Below, piece after piece: positions 62,401-64,000 of a DNA stretch of 64,000 nucleotides. This DNA is from Dimorphilus gyrociliatus (Eukaryota; Animalia; Annelida): NCBI GenBank assembly GCA_904063045.1, contig CAJFCJ010000016.1:806001-870000 (forward strand), written 5' to 3'. The translations under genes and the position numbers were made by a program. The notes under the pieces were generated by a model that searched no databases, had not been told where the DNA came from, and was given only the letters and a program-made list of their open reading frames with translations. How positions within the stretch are numbered: position 1 is the first letter of the stretch; every line of letters starts with the position of its first letter.

Positions 62401-63397
62401 TTCAATAAATCTATTAATTTATATATAAATTACAATAAAATCGAAATCTGAGAAGGAAAGAGATGAGTTGATAAAAGGAAATTACTTTTATAGAAAAAAT
62501 GCATGAGATCTTGGTCGTTCTTAGTATCGCTATTCTTATTATATAATCTAATTCTATAATAAATAAATAAATAAATACGGGGAAGGGTGCAAAGTTCACT
62601 CTGCGTTCGACCATTAATCGCCTTTTTCTCTTCACCTCTGTCATCAATCATTCGATTAATGTTCACTTAAATGAGAGAGAAAAAGATGAAAGGAAAGCGA
62701 CAAAGCACGAGGGAGATATATACTGTATATACATATCTCTTGTCATTCTAAACATTTTTTCAACACTAGCAAACAGTTTGGTTGTTGGTTTAGAATGTTT
62801 TTAATTTTGAGCAAAAACCAAAAACCAAAAGGAAAAAAAAAAACCTCAAGATCTTATGATAAAAACTTTCCAACTGCACGCAGCCAGAGGCTGGAACGTC
62901 TATCAATAACAATCTCGAATATTTTCTACGAATATAAAAAACCAGCATCCTTTCACGGCGCACCGAACTTGACGCTCTGTATTGAAAAAAACGCCTATTC
63001 AACGCCGCCCGGTCGGATGATTATCAATTTATAGTACGGGTTTTTTTTCTCTATCTTTCGTACAGGTATTGCTCGAGCATCTTCACCTACCACTTCCGCT
63101 ATTTCGACACCTATAACCAGTTTGGACGCCTCGGAGATTATGGAGAATTTCGACAGACCCAGAAGAGCTAGTAGTAGATCAAAACAAAGAAAAAAAGACA
63201 AGAAGAGAAACATGCTACCAACTAGAAGCCAAGATGATAATTGTAAACAATCTAAATTGAATAGAACTTACTCAAACGAGTATAAGATAAAAAAAGTTGT
63301 ATTTGATGGATACGACATAACAACTCGTCCAGTTATGAATGATAGCGTTGCTATGACAGTTGTAATTGGAATGTCATTATATCATATCCTTGATACG
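58938..63397 (+). CDS. Cys-loop ligand-gated ion channel subunit (nAChR-like), 3'-partial. Exons 58938-58971 and 63066-63397
   Basis: Splicing (phase 1) gives the signal peptide MLVICALFLCTSIARA. Exon 2 ends EYKIKKVVFDGYDITTRPVMNDSVAMTVVIGMSLYHILDT|GTAAGT, the alpha1/beta1 start of Cys-loop extracellular domains. Confidence 0.8.
59368..59462 (+). repeat. (GAA)n microsatellite with AGAAGAAGTCTA and GAACAA variant units
   Basis: Direct reading of the sequence. Confidence 0.9.
59964..60210 (+). repeat. Compound (CT)n/(GT)n/(CA)n microsatellite tract
   Basis: Direct reading. Many similar (TA)n and (GA)n tracts occur elsewhere, e.g. 537-580, 23881-23915, 43016-43110, 56620-56660. Confidence 0.9.
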
Positions 63398-64000
63398 GTA
63401 AGTTAAACTGTAATAGTTTGTTTTCTTTTCTTTTCAAAACGTATCTCTTTCATTTCTTCTCTAAAAGTGTTCAATCTTTCTCTCTCTCTCTCTCTATTTC
63501 CCCATACTTTACCTTCTTTCTCTTTCCTTATTACATAATTGTTAATAGTTAAGACTTCAGCTCTTTTACTATCGTAACCTTGACTCTTATTTGATGATGA
63601 TCATTAATTTTATAAGGAAAAAGAAAAGAAAAAACAAGAAAAAAACACCCAAAGATTATCCGTAAATTACTTAATAAGCTACTTTTGAAATTATTAAAGA
63701 AAAAGTAAATCCTATTATACTAATAATTTTCATTAAAATGAATATAAAAAGAACTCTTCCAGACAGAATTTCTATATAGGAGAAAATTAAAAGAAGTTCA
63801 TAGGCCTAGATTGTGTACAGTTAATAAAATATTTCATTACATTCTATATTGGTAATAATTGTAATTTGAAGACTCGCGTTAGTTTTTACCAACAGACTCT
63901 AAAATAGTGGAAACGCTCTATAGACGCTTTTTAAATAATAAAAAAAAATTCACTTGCGGTAACAGCTTAAGCGGAAAGGTTCTCTTTTATTGGGAGAGAG

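Larger units (their letters stand above)
795..62729. repeat. Dispersed near-palindromic 11-mer TATAC[A/T]GTATA in non-coding TA-rich tracts (about 18 copies)
   Basis: Copies start at 795, 804, 1691, 1963, 2087, 7336, 14515, 26311, 29530, 30702, 33705, 33719, 44660, 48002, 52863, 56455, 58280 and 62719 (manual count). Confidence 0.85.

Noticed and set aside
1-64000. CRISPR arrays, rRNA, intact transposases, prokaryotic operons
   Set aside because: None seen; intron-rich eukaryotic DNA with only microsatellite-type tandem repeats.

Overview
AT-rich eukaryotic (animal) genomic DNA with dense genes and mostly 55-100 nt introns. The gene set looks like a compact lophotrochozoan genome, e.g. a small-genome annelid (inference). 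By manual splicing I reconstruct, in order: a Slac2/MyRIP-type Rab effector with two Ig domains (5' end outside the window); DEPDC1 (-) head-to-head with an RFX1/2/3 transcription factor (+); a peroxisomal luciferase/4CL-like acyl-CoA ligase; three tandem CRAL-TRIO genes; a short prickle (-); a soluble RTP-like zf-3CxxC gene; a sialin-like SLC17 transporter tail-to-tail with an mGluR-like class C GPCR (-); two adjacent single-pass membrane microprotein ORFs; and the first two exons of a Cys-loop ligand-gated channel. No rRNA, tRNA, CRISPR array or intact transposon was seen. Most notable: (1) about 18 copies of TATAC[A/T]GTATA, matching the Tc1/mariner excision footprint, with no element present; (2) a probably bicistronic pair of type III membrane microproteins, one with tandem PY motifs; (3) a GPCR lacking the basic residues that bind glutamate's distal carboxylate, next to an SLC17 lacking the proton-coupling glutamates. 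All coordinates, counts and alignments were done by eye, without tools.
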